64,000 nt of DNA, from contig NC_042999.1 in assembly GCF_006345805.1 (NCBI RefSeq), positions 95,356,001 to 95,420,000 of the forward strand, in the 5' to 3' direction. This document shows positions 11,719-24,389 of the stretch, one piece after another. The stretch is from Octopus sinensis (taxonomy: Eukaryota). A model generated the notes under the pieces. That model was not told where the DNA came from. It did not search any database and saw only the letters and a program-made list of their open reading frames with translations. Within the stretch, counting starts at the first letter, position 1. Each line of letters begins with the position of its first letter. The position numbers and the translations under genes were made by a program.

Positions 11719-13500
11719 CTAGCAGAATTGCCCGGCGTTGCTCGGGGCTGAATTGCTTGAAAGTACTGTTAATGATTGCAGAGAATTATGATGATTATTC
11801 AGGCAAATATTGATATAGGTTTACGGCGAATGAATGTATTTGTAAGTTTAGCCGTGTAACGGGGTTCCTAACCCCTCATAGAATGGTGTAAGAATTGAAT
11901 GCGAGGTTGCACACCTGGCCCTGGACCTTGAAAGTAGGCATCCAACCAGTTTCTCTGACAACGTTTGCCCCGAAAGAAGTCATGTGAAATGCACAATTGT
12001 GCTTCCTGATGAGTTGAAGGAATTTTGATGACCTTGAGGTGGAACCATTAAGTAATTCCTTCAAAGGGTCTGGCAGCTCCCGAAGAGGGGGCAAGCTGAC
12101 CTTACCGTTTAAGCAGCACATTGCAGGTGGTTCCCCAGCCCACTTTTTAGCATTACAGAATTGGCAATTGAAGCACATTTCCTCAATATTTATGTCAGTG
12201 TGCATCGAGTAATTGAAGTTGGGCTCATACTTGAAAGCCCATAGATGCCAGTAAGGGCTGTTTGGACTTGTAAGACCGCGGGTAGCCTTGCGCCGTCGAC
12301 TGTTCCGCTGGAATGTAGAACGTTGCTGGTCTGAGTCATGGGAATGTGTCGCATGAGTAGCAGAAGCGAAGTTTGCAATGGTAATGTATCGGCCGTCTGC
12401 ATGTTGAGAAGGCACGGAAGCAGTGCAGTGCACCTCGTTCATATGAAGGTGAGTGGTCGGTAGTTGTAAATGTTCCGAAAATGTTGAAGCAGCAGTAGCC
12501 GCAGTGTTTGTAACCAGTCGAGTGGCCCTTTGTTGTGGGTCCTCTGAAGCCCTTTGTGCATCAACAGCAGCAGCCCTTATGGCCATGCGATTCGACCTTG
12601 TTTCCGGACCCTCTGAAGCCCTGGAAGTAGCATCGTATGAAGCCATTTTTGCTCGGCGGGTGTTGCGCTGTTGTAAATTTTCAGTAGCTTGTGATTCCGC
12701 TGAACGTAAGGTACTCTGTGAAAGTCTGAAAGCCTTTTTGTCGGTGGACTCGTTTGCGATAATCACCTTCTGCGCCGCTGCTGCTGCAGTATGGCGGCTG
12801 AGGCATCTTCTCTTTTTCGGTGTCATTTTATGTAAAAAAGAAAGGGTGAAAGTTACTTAAAGATAGAAATTGTAATGTGAATGAAATGTGGAAAAATGTT
12901 GACCGTGGAAGGAAAAGAAAGAAATATTTGCAGCTGAAAGAAATTGTTTATGCAAGTATAGCGACAGAGTGTGTAAAGTGTATTAAAATTTGAGTTAAAA
13001 GCAAGAAAATAAAGTTAGATTTGTAAGAATGGGAGTAGTTTACGTACATGTTTGAAATGTGAAATGTTTTAGTTGTTTAATCAAATATTTGTGTCAAGTG
13101 TATAGAAACGTAAATTGAAAAATAAAATGAATTGAAATTTTTAATAAAGGAATTTGTTTACATACATGTGTCAAATGGCAAATGTTTGTGCAGTTGTCCG
13201 AAATGGAACCAGGGTAAATGTGTGGAACTGATGTATTATAATGAATAGTCCATCTCATTCAGGGTACATTTGTGGCCGGGTATAAATACATGAAAGTACA
13301 TGAAGTTTGTTAAAAAAAGGGGATCATGTATATACCTGCTGGCTGTTGAGATTATAACACCTCGTAAACAATGTTCCTTGTTTTTCCTTGTGGGGCATAT
13401 ACAAAAAGGTTTCTTTTGGTTCCTACTCTTGAGCAGGCAACATACAGTTGCATATGCGAGAAGCAGGGCTCTTCCAAGAGAAGACCAGCTACAGAGAGGG
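11719..13500 (-). mobile_element. Internally deleted Helitron
   Basis: 3' hairpin and terminus CCCGAGCAACGCCGGG-N-CTAG on the minus strand (11719-11746), plus a RepHel N-terminal ORF. The 5' end was not located precisely. Confidence 0.8.
11876..12826 (-). CDS. Truncated Helitron Rep/helicase N-terminus: STPR-like repeats plus Cys-rich domain (316 aa)
   Basis: CQFCNAKKWAGEPPAMCCLNGKVSLPPL...FLQLIRKHNCAFHMTSFGA...GWMPTFKVQGQV matches the Helitron N-terminal signature. The ORF is uninterrupted but stops before the Rep domain. Confidence 0.85.
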   Translation of the reverse strand: MTPKKRRCLSRHTAAAAAQKVIIANESTDKKAFRLSQSTLRSAESQATENLQQRNTRRAKMASYDATSRASEGPETRSNRMAIRAAAVDAQRASEDPQQRATRLVTNTAATAASTFSEHLQLPTTHLHMNEVHCTASVPSQHADGRYITIANFASATHATHSHDSDQQRSTFQRNSRRRKATRGLTSPNSPYWHLWAFKYEPNFNYSMHTDINIEEMCFNCQFCNAKKWAGEPPAMCCLNGKVSLPPLRELPDPLKELLNGSTSRSSKFLQLIRKHNCAFHMTSFGANVVRETGWMPTFKVQGQVCNLAFNSYTIL

Positions 13501-13544
13501 TTTGACCCTGAGATTTGTTAAATGTATATATATGTATGTATGCC

Positions 13545-13690
13545 TGTATATATGTACAAAATCCACTGAGAAGGCTTTTGTTGATCTGAAGCTACAGCAG
13601 AAGACACATGCCAAGTCACCACACAGTGGAACTGAACCCAGGACCATGTGTTTGGAACGTAGTTTGTTACCACACAGCCACACCTGCCCC
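13545..13690 (-). mobile_element. tRNA-derived SINE, family B
   Basis: The reverse complement reads GGCAGGTGTGGCTGTGTGGTAA..GGTTCAGTTCCACTG..GGCATGTGTCTTCTG, with A- and B-box-like motifs. Confidence 0.7.
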
Positions 13691-13730
13691 TATGTATGTG
13701 TGCGTATGTGTGTATGGGTAGATATATTAT

Positions 13731-14280
13731 GCATGTATATATGTGTATATATATGTGTACATATTACATGTACATCTATATATATATACATCTACACATA
13801 AAATACAAAATACAAAGTTATATCTTGATATCGCTAGTGATAACAATACTCAAAATATATGAGACTGGAATTGTTGGCCCGTCTCTTGCAATTTCGATCA
13901 ATTGGATCTTGTCCTCCCTCTTGTATAGAAGTGTACAGCTGCAGCGAAATTCATTTTTGGACTTTCTTCTATGGAAGGCATCTAAACAAAAATGCTTCGG
14001 TAAAAACGATGAAAATATTGTCAATTTCCCCAAACAGGGACACAATTCAATTTTTAAACAATAACCAAAGCCCCTTCTCCGACAGGGAGGAGGGTTACGG
14101 TTTACAGTTATTTAACAAATGCAACACAACAACGTTTCCCTGACGAGGAACCAACACGTGATTACAATAGTCAAACAGTAATAATAATAACAACAAACCT
14201 TTTTAATTTATCCCCATTTATGTGAAACCACTTATTCAAGTTAAAGTCATTGATGCAATTTTATACGAATTGCTAATACA
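13731..14280 (-). repeat. Dispersed module copy 2
   Basis: Near-identical to copy 1; also shares the AT-rich extension with 52815-52910. Confidence 0.85.
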
Positions 14281-15025
14281 CACACACACACACACACACA
14301 CATAATAAGGGTGAAAAATTGAATATTAATTTGATTAATATGAATTGAAAACCAGTGGTGTAGCATATAAGACCATAGTGGATCTTCCTCTAGCAGAAAG
14401 GATGATCAGTATTAATGGCTCATCCCTGTTATATAAATACTTTCACTTTAATTGTTGCGCACAAGGTAGTAAAAAGTTTTTTTTTAAAGTTATAATTATC
14501 GATATTTAATAGGTTGACTATGTTTGTGTGTAAATAAAAATGTGAGTTAAGAATCTAGCTTCATATAAAGTGAGAGAGAAGTATATAGTAATATTATATA
14601 AGTAATGAGTGTTTAACTAATATTAAGGTTATTGTGTATTGTGAATATAAGAAAAAAATATTTATGGAGTAATGGGTGCACATAAGTATACTGAAGCATC
14701 CGAAAATAATTCATATATAAATATCTTATAAAGGAAAATAATTTTATAGTGTATACAGATTCATTTGCAGAGAACAAATCTGCAAAATAGTATACATGGA
14801 TTTATGTATTCTAACTGTTTTTCAAGTTGTTTCATTTGAGGGTATATATGAAAGAGAGGACACTGTACAAGAAATATAAGTATACTTATACTGGTGCAAA
14901 GATAAGGAAAAAAATTGCCAAACAGATATAGATATAATTATTAACTATAATTACCCACACATATAAAAGATGTTATTATATACAAATATATATACATGCA
15001 TATTTATATGTATGTCTATATAGTG

Positions 15026-15061
<36 letters not shown>

Positions 15062-15373
15062 TTATGTATATGTGTTTGTGAGTGTGGTACAAACGTTTAT
15101 GTGCACCCGTTTTATTTAAAAAATACAAATTGGTGATAACATATAGTTAATAAGCACACAATAATAATAATATAAATAAAATAGATGTACACACAATGAT
15201 AAATAAAAATATCTATAAATGCACATGTTGTAGGCAAGTTGGACACCAAGAAGTATTATATGTCTTTGCATATATCAGTTGTAAGCTGTAATTAAATATT
15301 AGGTAGATCGGCAAGTAACATTAAACAATAATTGGAGTAGTTAAGAGGGGGAAGGCTTAAGTACATATTAAGC

Positions 15374-15488
15374 TACCCTGATGTAATCTCCAGGAATACA
15401 GGCATCCAGCAACAGGACCTCCGTAATGCTATGTCTGGCGTAGCATAGTAATTTCCATTGTCTCGACCACGGTCAAACAATGATGATG
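15374..15488 (+). mobile_element. Extremely 5'-truncated RTE-like LINE tail with an 11-bp TSD
   Basis: YPDVISRNTGIQQQDLRNAM remnant, (TGA)n tail, flanked by ACATATTAAGC at 15363-15373 and 15489-15499. Confidence 0.7.
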
Positions 15489-15759
15489 ACATATTAAGCA
15501 AATGAAATAAATTACAATAAAGAAAGGTATATACTAAAGGAAGATATGAGAATATACTGAAAGAAAGTGGAGTGGGTCCTGTAATTATAAGAGAGGATGG
15601 TTAAATAATAAATATATATATACATATAGAATAAGATCAATTGATGTGCAGAGTATTTGATGATTAATAATCTAATACCATAGAAAGGGTTAATATATAG
15701 AAAGATATTTAAAAAAATATAGGTATTAGAAAGAAAAGGGAAATGATATTAAAATTAAA

Positions 15760-16560
15760 GTAGATGGGGGAATATTATTTACGATCAATAAAAAGGAATT
15801 TGGACGTCTGTTTACATGAAAAACCTTTTTCCTCCCTAGTATTAATAAGGAGACCATTCTCATATTATAACTTTCTTCCAGGCATAACCTACAAATTTTG
15901 TTATTGTATCTATAAGATGGGACTGAAGATAGGATTTTCCAATATATCGAGTAATCTATATTGTTTCTTTTGAGTTGCCAAATTTTTTTAGGTAGACCTG
16001 TGCTATTCTCTTTTCTAAGGTCATTAAAGGAAGATTTATTATGATTTATTCTTAAATTTATAGAATGCTTCGTACAACAGATGTATAGATATTTAGAGGA
16101 ATTATGGGTAATAATGGTTGCTTGGTATATTCATTCATTTTACAATTTCCATCTACTTCACAACTATTTGGGTCTCTACAATTACAATTTAAATTATTAG
16201 TTGGTACTATGTTGTTATGTCTATATTTATTAGAGGTAATGGAGTTTTGGTTATTATGATAATAGTAGGTGTTAGTTATAGAATTATTGGAGTTACTAGG
16301 TATATTAGATGACGTTTTTTTTTAATTATGGAATTGATCAAGTTTCTTACTGTTAAAGGAAAAGATTATCCTAAAAAGGTTTGGAGACACTGAAAATCCA
16401 AATCTAATTTTTTTGTTATTAAATATTTTTGCATATTTAGAGTTTTTAAAGTTTTTATTAATTATATTTCTAATGGATCTAATAAAATTAGATTTTAGAT
16501 GTTTGGTAAAAGGTATCATCTTTAACTCAGACAATGCTGGGTACTTCTGTTAATCTAATA
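15760..16560 (-). mobile_element. Third Penelope-like element 3' fragment (GIY-YIG region)
   Basis: Minus-strand remnants CNCRDPNSCEVDGNCK, IYQATII, LCLEE and LNTREEK, in the same order as in 1243-1700. Confidence 0.7.
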
Positions 16561-17165
16561 TTTAATATATATAATTGCTTGTTTGTTTGTCTGTTTGTTA
16601 CCAATGCATACAAAAACTAGTTAACCAATTATGTTCAAACTTGGCATGAGAGGTCTTTACTCAGATGTAGGTTGTCCTCAAATTTGGACCAGTATTCTTT
16701 TGAGGGACATTCTTTTGAATGTCCCTCATTCAACTCAATTTGAGTTCTCATTCAACGTAGTCTTGATTGTTTATAAAAAATGAATGGAAGCTAATGAAGT
16801 ATGTGTGTGTGACATGCTGTTGTTAGTGTGTGTGTGTGGGTGTGTTCACCCCTTTGTCTCTCGTTAATTAATTTAATGTGAAGGGCAGAAAATAACTTCT
16901 ACATGGTTAGTGCCGTAGCTAGAAATGGTAGCCAAATGACATTAGATATATTCCTCACCTCTCTCTCTCTATATATATATATTGTTCTGAGTATAATTTC
17001 AAATAGTATTACACAAAATAGAACTACTGTTCTCTTTTTCTGCAAGGGAAGATCAATAATAAATCAATAATTAATTCCAATGAAAAATAATTCATTTTGG
17101 TCATGTGACTTCAAAGCATGCTGCATGGTTATTTGCATGGAGGATTATAAATAGTACTGAGTAAA

Positions 17166-17350
17166 CAGTTGGTGTAGGACAGTTGATGCAGCAGTTGGTG
17201 TCAAACCATTAATGCAACTGTTGGTGTCGAACCATTGATGCAACAGCTGGTGTTGAACCATTGATGCAACAGCTGGTGTTGAACTGTTGATGCAACAGTT
17301 GGTGTCAAACTGTTGATACGACAGTTGGTGTTGGGCAGTTAATGTGAACA
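17166..17350. repeat. 26-bp minisatellite, about 7 units
   Basis: Unit approximately CAGTTGGTGTCGAACCATTGATGCAA; starts at 17166, 17192 and onward. Confidence 0.85.
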
Positions 17351-17539
17351 GAGTAGATGACATGAGCAGTTAGTACTGGTCAGTTAACACAAACAGTTGG
17401 CACAAGTTCTTTTTTCACTCTAAACAAGTTGCCTTGCTGGGCTGGCTTGCAGTTTCTGAGCTGTTGACTGCTGGAAATGTGTTGGTGTATCAAGGGCCAC
17501 AGTTTGTAACAATGTGTGCGTGTGTGTGTGCGTATATAT

Positions 17540-17581
<42 letters not shown>

Positions 17582-17844
17582 TTCTACCTGGCTGGCTCCT
17601 GTCAACTGTCCTACTCATAAATGCATGCATGGAAGATGGGCATTAAATGATGATGATATTATTATTAAAAAACGTTAGCAATTTGTTTTGTTTTTTGAGA
17701 ACAAATGTTAATGTCCTACCTACATTTTCACACTGGGTTAAAGATAATAATGAAATTTCATTCAAAAGTTTGATATACAAATTTTTTCTTACTAATGTGA
17801 TTCTAATGTTACTGGCATAACACCTCCATTTCACAAATTTATAT

Positions 17845-18140
17845 AAGCACTTGACTATAAAAGATTTAAATCCTCAAAAATTGTGCAGTGGAGTAAGACT
17901 TATTGTGAAGAAAATGATGCCACATGTTATAGAAGCTACTCTACTCTCTGGATGTGGAGCAAGCAATAATGCATTCATTACTAGAATTCCATTAATACCT
18001 ACTGATTTACCAGTACAATTCAAAAGAGCACAGTTTCCAATTAGACTGTTTTGCGATGTCCATCAACAAATTGTGAAGACAGACATTTTCAGTAACTGGT
18101 TTGTGATTAAAGGAGCCTTGATTCTCTTATGGACAAACTT
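17845..18140 (+). pseudogene. Helitron PIF1-like helicase C-terminal fragment
   Basis: LNPQKLCSGVRLIVKKMMPHVIEATLLSG...FITRIPLIPTDLPVQFKRAQFPIRL. Confidence 0.88.
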
Positions 18141-18213
18141 TTTGAGAGGTCCAAAAATAGAGAAAGAATGATTTCTAATAAAGATTCATCATATTCATAT
18201 TACTTGCTCTGGC

Positions 18214-18276
<63 letters not shown>

Positions 18277-20221
18277 TCAGTATTAATAAACATGAAATTC
18301 TGTTTGTCTGGGACCTCTGTATCTCAGTCTACATTTGCTCTACGTAAATATATTATACTATTTTGGAATCAGGATGATCTCAGGATTTAAAATCTGCCCT
18401 TCATTTAGTTCTTGAACATCCAGCATTGGGCTTTGATTTAAAGGCATTTGGGTTGCTATTTCTTGCAGGTAAAGCTTGGTTAATTCATGCCATCTTGGTT
18501 GGTGTTTGTCAGATGACATCAGAGACCAAGTGGGAGATAAATGACATTTGCTTTGTTAATTTTATGTTGAGATAATAACTTTGGGACAAATTGGCCAACA
18601 GTTTGAATTCAACCTGGATTGCAACAATAGAATGATTGCATTACAGAATTAATTCTCATCTGTCCTTAGCCTCTGATCAAGCACTGTCAGGGCATATATT
18701 CATTATAAACGTATTATAGTCATGCTATTTAGCCCCCTTTAGTTTGGGGCTGCAGGCCCAATTAGCCCTTTGCAGAAGCTAACTTAAAAGTCTGTACTGA
18801 GTGTGGCTTTTAAGCTAGTGTATAATATGAGGAAAAGTTTAGACATGTATTGTAAACACAACCTTTCTATTAAGGTGATTTTATATTTATAAATGAAATC
18901 CTTAGAGTTAATTTGAGTAAAGTTCCAAAATCTTTCATCTGTGGTTCTATATCTTGATAGTCCCATATTCTTCATAAAGTGACAAACGCATGTATTGCCT
19001 GTTTGTTGTAAGGTGCACTAATATGATTGCTGTAGACATTGCTACCAAGATTTCAATTTTTACCATTGCTTTGTTTGAAATACTTGTGTGTTGTCTGTTT
19101 TTATTTTACCATTGTGCAATGTTGTAAGTATTGTCTCTATCATGAGTCATCAATTTTTGTTGGAAATTATATAGATTATGAATGTTTTGTTCTTGAATTT
19201 TTCCTTATCTAGTTTTGTTTTGTGCCATTGTAATTGCTCCTTATAAGTGTATGATGATTTGGTAAGAGAGTGCCATACTTGTATGACCAATATAACAATT
19301 GGAGTCATAAAATTTACAACATTCTGTTAGTAATCAAATTTATAAATCACATTGGTCATTAGAAGCTTGTCCATGAGTTTACATACTTATAATTTGTTAT
19401 TGGTAGTAGTATATATTATTTTTATTGTATACTATTAATATCAGTTTATATTGCTCAAATGCATTTTGTATTTTGTTTCATGAGGCTTTTAATAATGTGT
19501 TGATTTATTCTATAGTTACTATATTTGATTTTGTGATTGTTGGTTAGATTTTCATTTGCACTTGTAGAAGTGTGATGCTTTCAGAAGGCAATAGCTACCA
19601 TAGTGCAGAGGTCCTGGCAATATCTCTAAGCTTTGTGAGATGTTAGTATTAGTTTTTGTTGAGATAAACTAGACATAATGTAAATAATGTTAACATATTT
19701 TGAGGTTAATTTGTTTTTAGTAATGAACATAGAATTCATTGAAATGTAGTTTTATCAATATCATGAATATCTTAATAACTGTTTGGATATAATGTACATT
19801 GGTAATGTTTGGTACCACACCAAGTAAACTTTAGATGAGTCAATTACTTTAGAACCTGATAGATTTATGTAATAACTTGTTCATTTATAATGGGGAAAAA
19901 ATTTATTTCTGATAAGAGCTCTTTAATTTGGCAAACTATTGTACTTATGTTGAAAAAGGTCTGGTAACTTAAATTTGATGTCAAGGCTACATGTTTACAA
20001 ATCAAAAATTATGAACTGCTATAAATTTAGGATTACAATGTTCTGTATTTGTAATTTTCTGATCCTACTTAACAATCAAACATTAATATTGTTTGTTTCT
20101 CTATGGCATGTCTCCTAGGTCACTTTATTCAATGGGACTGAAAATTAGGCCACATTCAATTTGGAAAGAACTTATCTTTTGTTGTTTAAACCTTATAAAA
20201 ATTATCTTTCTAAACAACTGT

Positions 20222-21410
20222 TCATCATTATTGTTTAACATCCGTTTTCCGTGCTAGCACGGGTTGGATGGTTCGACCGGGGTCTGGGAAGCCAGGAGGC
20301 TGCACCAGGCTCCAGTCTGATCTGGCAGTGTTTCTTCAGCTGGATGCCCTTCCTAACACCAACCACTCTGTGAGTGTAGTGGGTGCTTTTTACGTGCCCC
20401 CGGCATAGGTGAAAGGGAGGTCTGGCAGTGGCACGATCAGTTGGTGCTTTTTATGTGCCACTGGCACAGAAGCCAGTCAAGGTGGCGCTGGCATTGGCCA
20501 CGTTCGGATGGTGCTTTTTACGTGCCACCGGCACAGAAGCCAGTGAAGGCAGCGCTGGCATCGGTCACGTTCGGATGGTGCTTTTTACTTGCCACTGGCA
20601 CAGGTATCACAACTACTATTTCCATTTGATATTTATTTCGATGTACATGTACTTGACTCAATAGGTCTCCTCAAGCACAGCAGGTTGTTCTGAAATCCAA
20701 GGTACTTTGAATGGGCTGGGGCTATGCGGAACTGGTGCAGGAAGCAGCTCGGGTCTTTGCAGTCACAGCATATCTCCAGAGATCTCAGTCCTTCGTCATT
20801 GCCTCTGTGAGGCCCAATGCTCTGAGGTCATGTTTGACTACCTCATCCCATGTCTTCCTGGGTCTACCTCTCCCCCTGATACCTTCAACTATTTGGGAGC
20901 AGCACTTCTTCACACATCTCTCCTCATCCATCTGCAGTACATGACCATACCATCGCAAGTGTCGCTCTTGCACACCACGTCTGATGCTTCTTATGTCCAG
21001 CATTTCTCTCTGGGTGCTTACACTCTGTCATGAGTGCACTCTGACATTACACATCCAGTGGATCATGTTAGCTTCATTTCTTTCAAGTCTACGCATGTCT
21101 TCTGAAGTCACAGCCCATGTTTCACTACCGTGAAGCATGGCGGTTCGCACACATGCATCATACAATCTACCTTTCGTTCTGAGCAGTAGACCCTTTGTCG
21201 CCAGTAGGGGTAGGAGCTTTCTAAACTTTGCCCAGGCTATTCGTATTCTAGTGGTGACACTCTCTGAGCATCCACCTCCACTACTAATTTGGTCACCTAG
21301 ATAGCAGAAACTATCAACTACTTCTAGTTTTTCCCCTTGGAGTGTGATGGAATCTGTTTTCTGAGTATCTGTGGTGTCTATTGTCCCTGTGCATCTGCTG
21401 CACATGAAAG
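20222..21410 (-). mobile_element. 5'-truncated RTE-clade LINE
   Basis: EVVDSFCYLGDQI..RIRIAWAKF..RLYDACVRTAMLHGSETW..LRWYGHV..RGRGRPRKTW; 3' UTR with ~61-bp repeats and a (TGA)n-type tail. Confidence 0.93.
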
Positions 21411-23088
21411 CTGTTATAGAAAAAAATGTATTAGAGTATGAATTACATGTGTTTCTGGTTGTATATTTCTTTAGTTTCAGTGTTTATCTTTAAAATATCT
21501 ATGATGAAATATTGTAAACATCTTTTATTTTATATGAAACTTTCAGGGATATTTGTGAGTTTGGCTGTTTGACAAGAATTTTCCTCATTTGCACACTCAG
21601 TTAGCAAACTCATTTTGCTCATAAAAAAAGCTCTTTAGAATGGCTAACATCAAAGAGTTCTGAGCAAAGTTTTAAACTTCACAAATGATTTTGGTTATAT
21701 TTTGAACTGTTGCTTGCATCTGCAATGATAAGAAATACTGCAAATTAAAAGTATGTCATACAAAAATTGGTTGTTAAAAATAATGGAAGGATGTATATTT
21801 CTAGAAGTCCAATCTCTTGATTTCATTTTTCTTTTGTTTAAGTCTTTTTACTAACTAAAAGAGTAAAAATTAGCTTTGTTAATAAAATGAAGTCTAGAAG
21901 TTAATGGGTATTCAAGTACTGTATTATACTATGAAGTAAAGAATTTAGAACATATATAGCTGTATTTTAAAGAAAGTATTATTTTATTAGTTTAGCTTGG
22001 TGATATTTTGATATTTAAAACTTTTAGAATTAAAGTTAGCAAAATAATGCATCACTCTCAAAGTATTGGCTTTTGTTGCAAAGTACATCTGGTCTCCACT
22101 AAATCTCTGGCTTGGGGAGTATTGTTAATGCTATGAGTTAACAGAAAATGTAGAATACTAAATAACATAACTTGCAACATTAATCACCTTAGGTCACATC
22201 TTGCTTGGGTTGGCTTTGCCTTTTATTCATTCTGAGTCAAAAACATGTTATTTAGCTTTTCATCATTATTTCCACGGATATATTATCAAAAGTATTCAAA
22301 CCATGATCATTCCAGTTGTTCAGATCTAGTTCAGCACAGATTACAACATCCAATATGCTCGTCTCATCTGAAAATCATGGAATGTGATTTGAGAATGATT
22401 TAGTTGCCATTTGTAGCAAGTCAATTTTCTCTAAGCACAGAAAATCATGGTAATTGTCATTTGGGATGGACACATATCTTTGGCATCAAATCAGCATTTG
22501 GCAAATTAGATTGGTCATTGAGCTCCCATTCACTATACAGCCCAACTCTAACACTATACATCTTCTATCTCTTCTATCCATTGAAGGATAGTCTTTGGGG
22601 ACAATAAGTTGATGACACAAACAAAGCAAAAGTGGCTGTGAAGAAGGTGCAATAGCATGTACCTGATCTTTTTCAATATTCAAGAGTTTGTTTCAATAAT
22701 GGTCAAATGGAGTCTATGTTGTGCAGTACCTTTGTATCAAGGAAGAGTTCCTCTAATAAGATGGGTAATTTGAACAACTTATGTAAGTTAAAGTTATGTC
22801 CACTTTTACATTACTGTTGAGACAATCCACATACAGTGTTGTATTTAGTTTCCTTCAGAGTTCAAATTCTTTTAAGTGTGATTGTACCTCTCATCTTTCT
22901 GGATTGATAAAATAAGTATCAACTGACTAACTAGGTTTCATTTACTCAAGTGTGTAAGGAATCATTTCCATTCCTGTCATTATCATAGCCATTATTGTTT
23001 GAAGATAATGGATGTGTTTCTTGTCCAATGAATTTGTCCATGAAAGAGCAAAAAGGAAGATGGTATACCTCTTTTTCCTCTTATTTAT

Positions 23089-23411
23089 ATTTAGTTTTTG
23101 GATTTGATTTGCAAGATTCTTTATGTCAGTTCGTGTGTTGAAGCATATTGTGTCTGAGAAGAGTCATTTTCTTTTTGTGCCTTATAATTTAACATACTCA
23201 CCGGTAAAATTTCCACTTATTCTTTATTTTTATTTTCCTTCCCTTAAATTTTCATTGCGTCTTGCAACCTTTTCAATAGTCTTGAGAGTCAAGTCTATTG
23301 AAAAGGTTGCAAGATGCAATGAAAATTTTAGGAAAATAAAAATAAGGAATAAGTGGAAATTTTACCGGTGAATGTGTTAAATTAGAAGGCACAAAGAGAA
23401 AATGACTCCTC
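23089..23411. repeat. Fold-back palindrome with ~125-bp arms and a 3-nt loop
   Basis: 23158-23285 is the reverse complement of 23289-23411; direct repeat CCTCTTATTTAT at 23077 and 23408. Confidence 0.9.
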
Positions 23412-24389
23412 TTATTTATTTTTTGTAAACATAGAGAAGGCTTTCATTGCCCTTGAAAGAAGAGCAATACGGATTCTAGGTTGATGTGTGCTCCATCAAT
23501 TGGCGAAGAGCATTTAGAAATGTATAACTTTATTTTTAAGATTGAGCATATAGCAAGGAAATAAATGAGGCTGATACTCCACATAGGCAAGTGTCTCAGT
23601 ACATGTGTCACAGGAACACTAAGATTGTCTCCAGAGCTATTGGCACAGACATCAGCCTTTATATAGATATATTCTGAACAATTAGATAATCTGCAACAAA
23701 ATGTTGTTGCAAGTTATTTGTTTGCATACAGTTGGCATGTGTATGCACATTCAAGTTATATTGTCCCCTGAAGATCTCTGAGCTGTACCCCATTGAACAG
23801 TAATACCACTCTACTGCCTTGCAATGATAGAAAGGAGATGGGAAGTGGAGAAGCATAGGAAACTAGTAAGAAAATGGGTAAGTTTGAGCCTTGATAAAAG
23901 ACTAACAAGAGGCTTGAAGTCCCACGTAATGGGGAATCCATCCCCATAGAGTGTTTTAATTTTTCAAGATGAGCTGCAGCATATTTAATATTAAACCTAA
24001 AAGTGGATGAATTAAATATTTTGATGATTGAGGAGTAGTAAGGATATGTAACTGTATTAAAGAGACCAGGGAGGCAGAAAATGAATTCCAGGAATCCAAA
24101 ATAGTGGCTAGGTAATAAAGATTGTGTTAGGGAAATCTATCAACAGGTGAAGAATCATACTCTAGATCATATGGAGCCCTTCACAACTCAACTAAAATCA
24201 AAATTATTCAGAAAAAAAAATTGAAAAGCCCCTTTTACAGAAGGTGGCCAGAGTTGTGGGATTCTTTGAACCTACTTAAATGGTAGGTTTTACCATTGTG
24301 TTGTTAGGTTACCTTAGTGTGTATTTTGTTGACCGAACTTTAGCCTGTCATATTTTGTATTATTCTTAATGCTTCACTCCCCATTATTT

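Noticed and set aside
17166-17350. Possible CRISPR array
   Set aside because: Contiguous tandem units without spacers, eukaryotic context and no cas genes.
18455-18475. Other AG|GT juxtapositions (18468, 41963, 43877)
   Set aside because: Weaker donor or acceptor consensus, expected by chance in AT-rich DNA.
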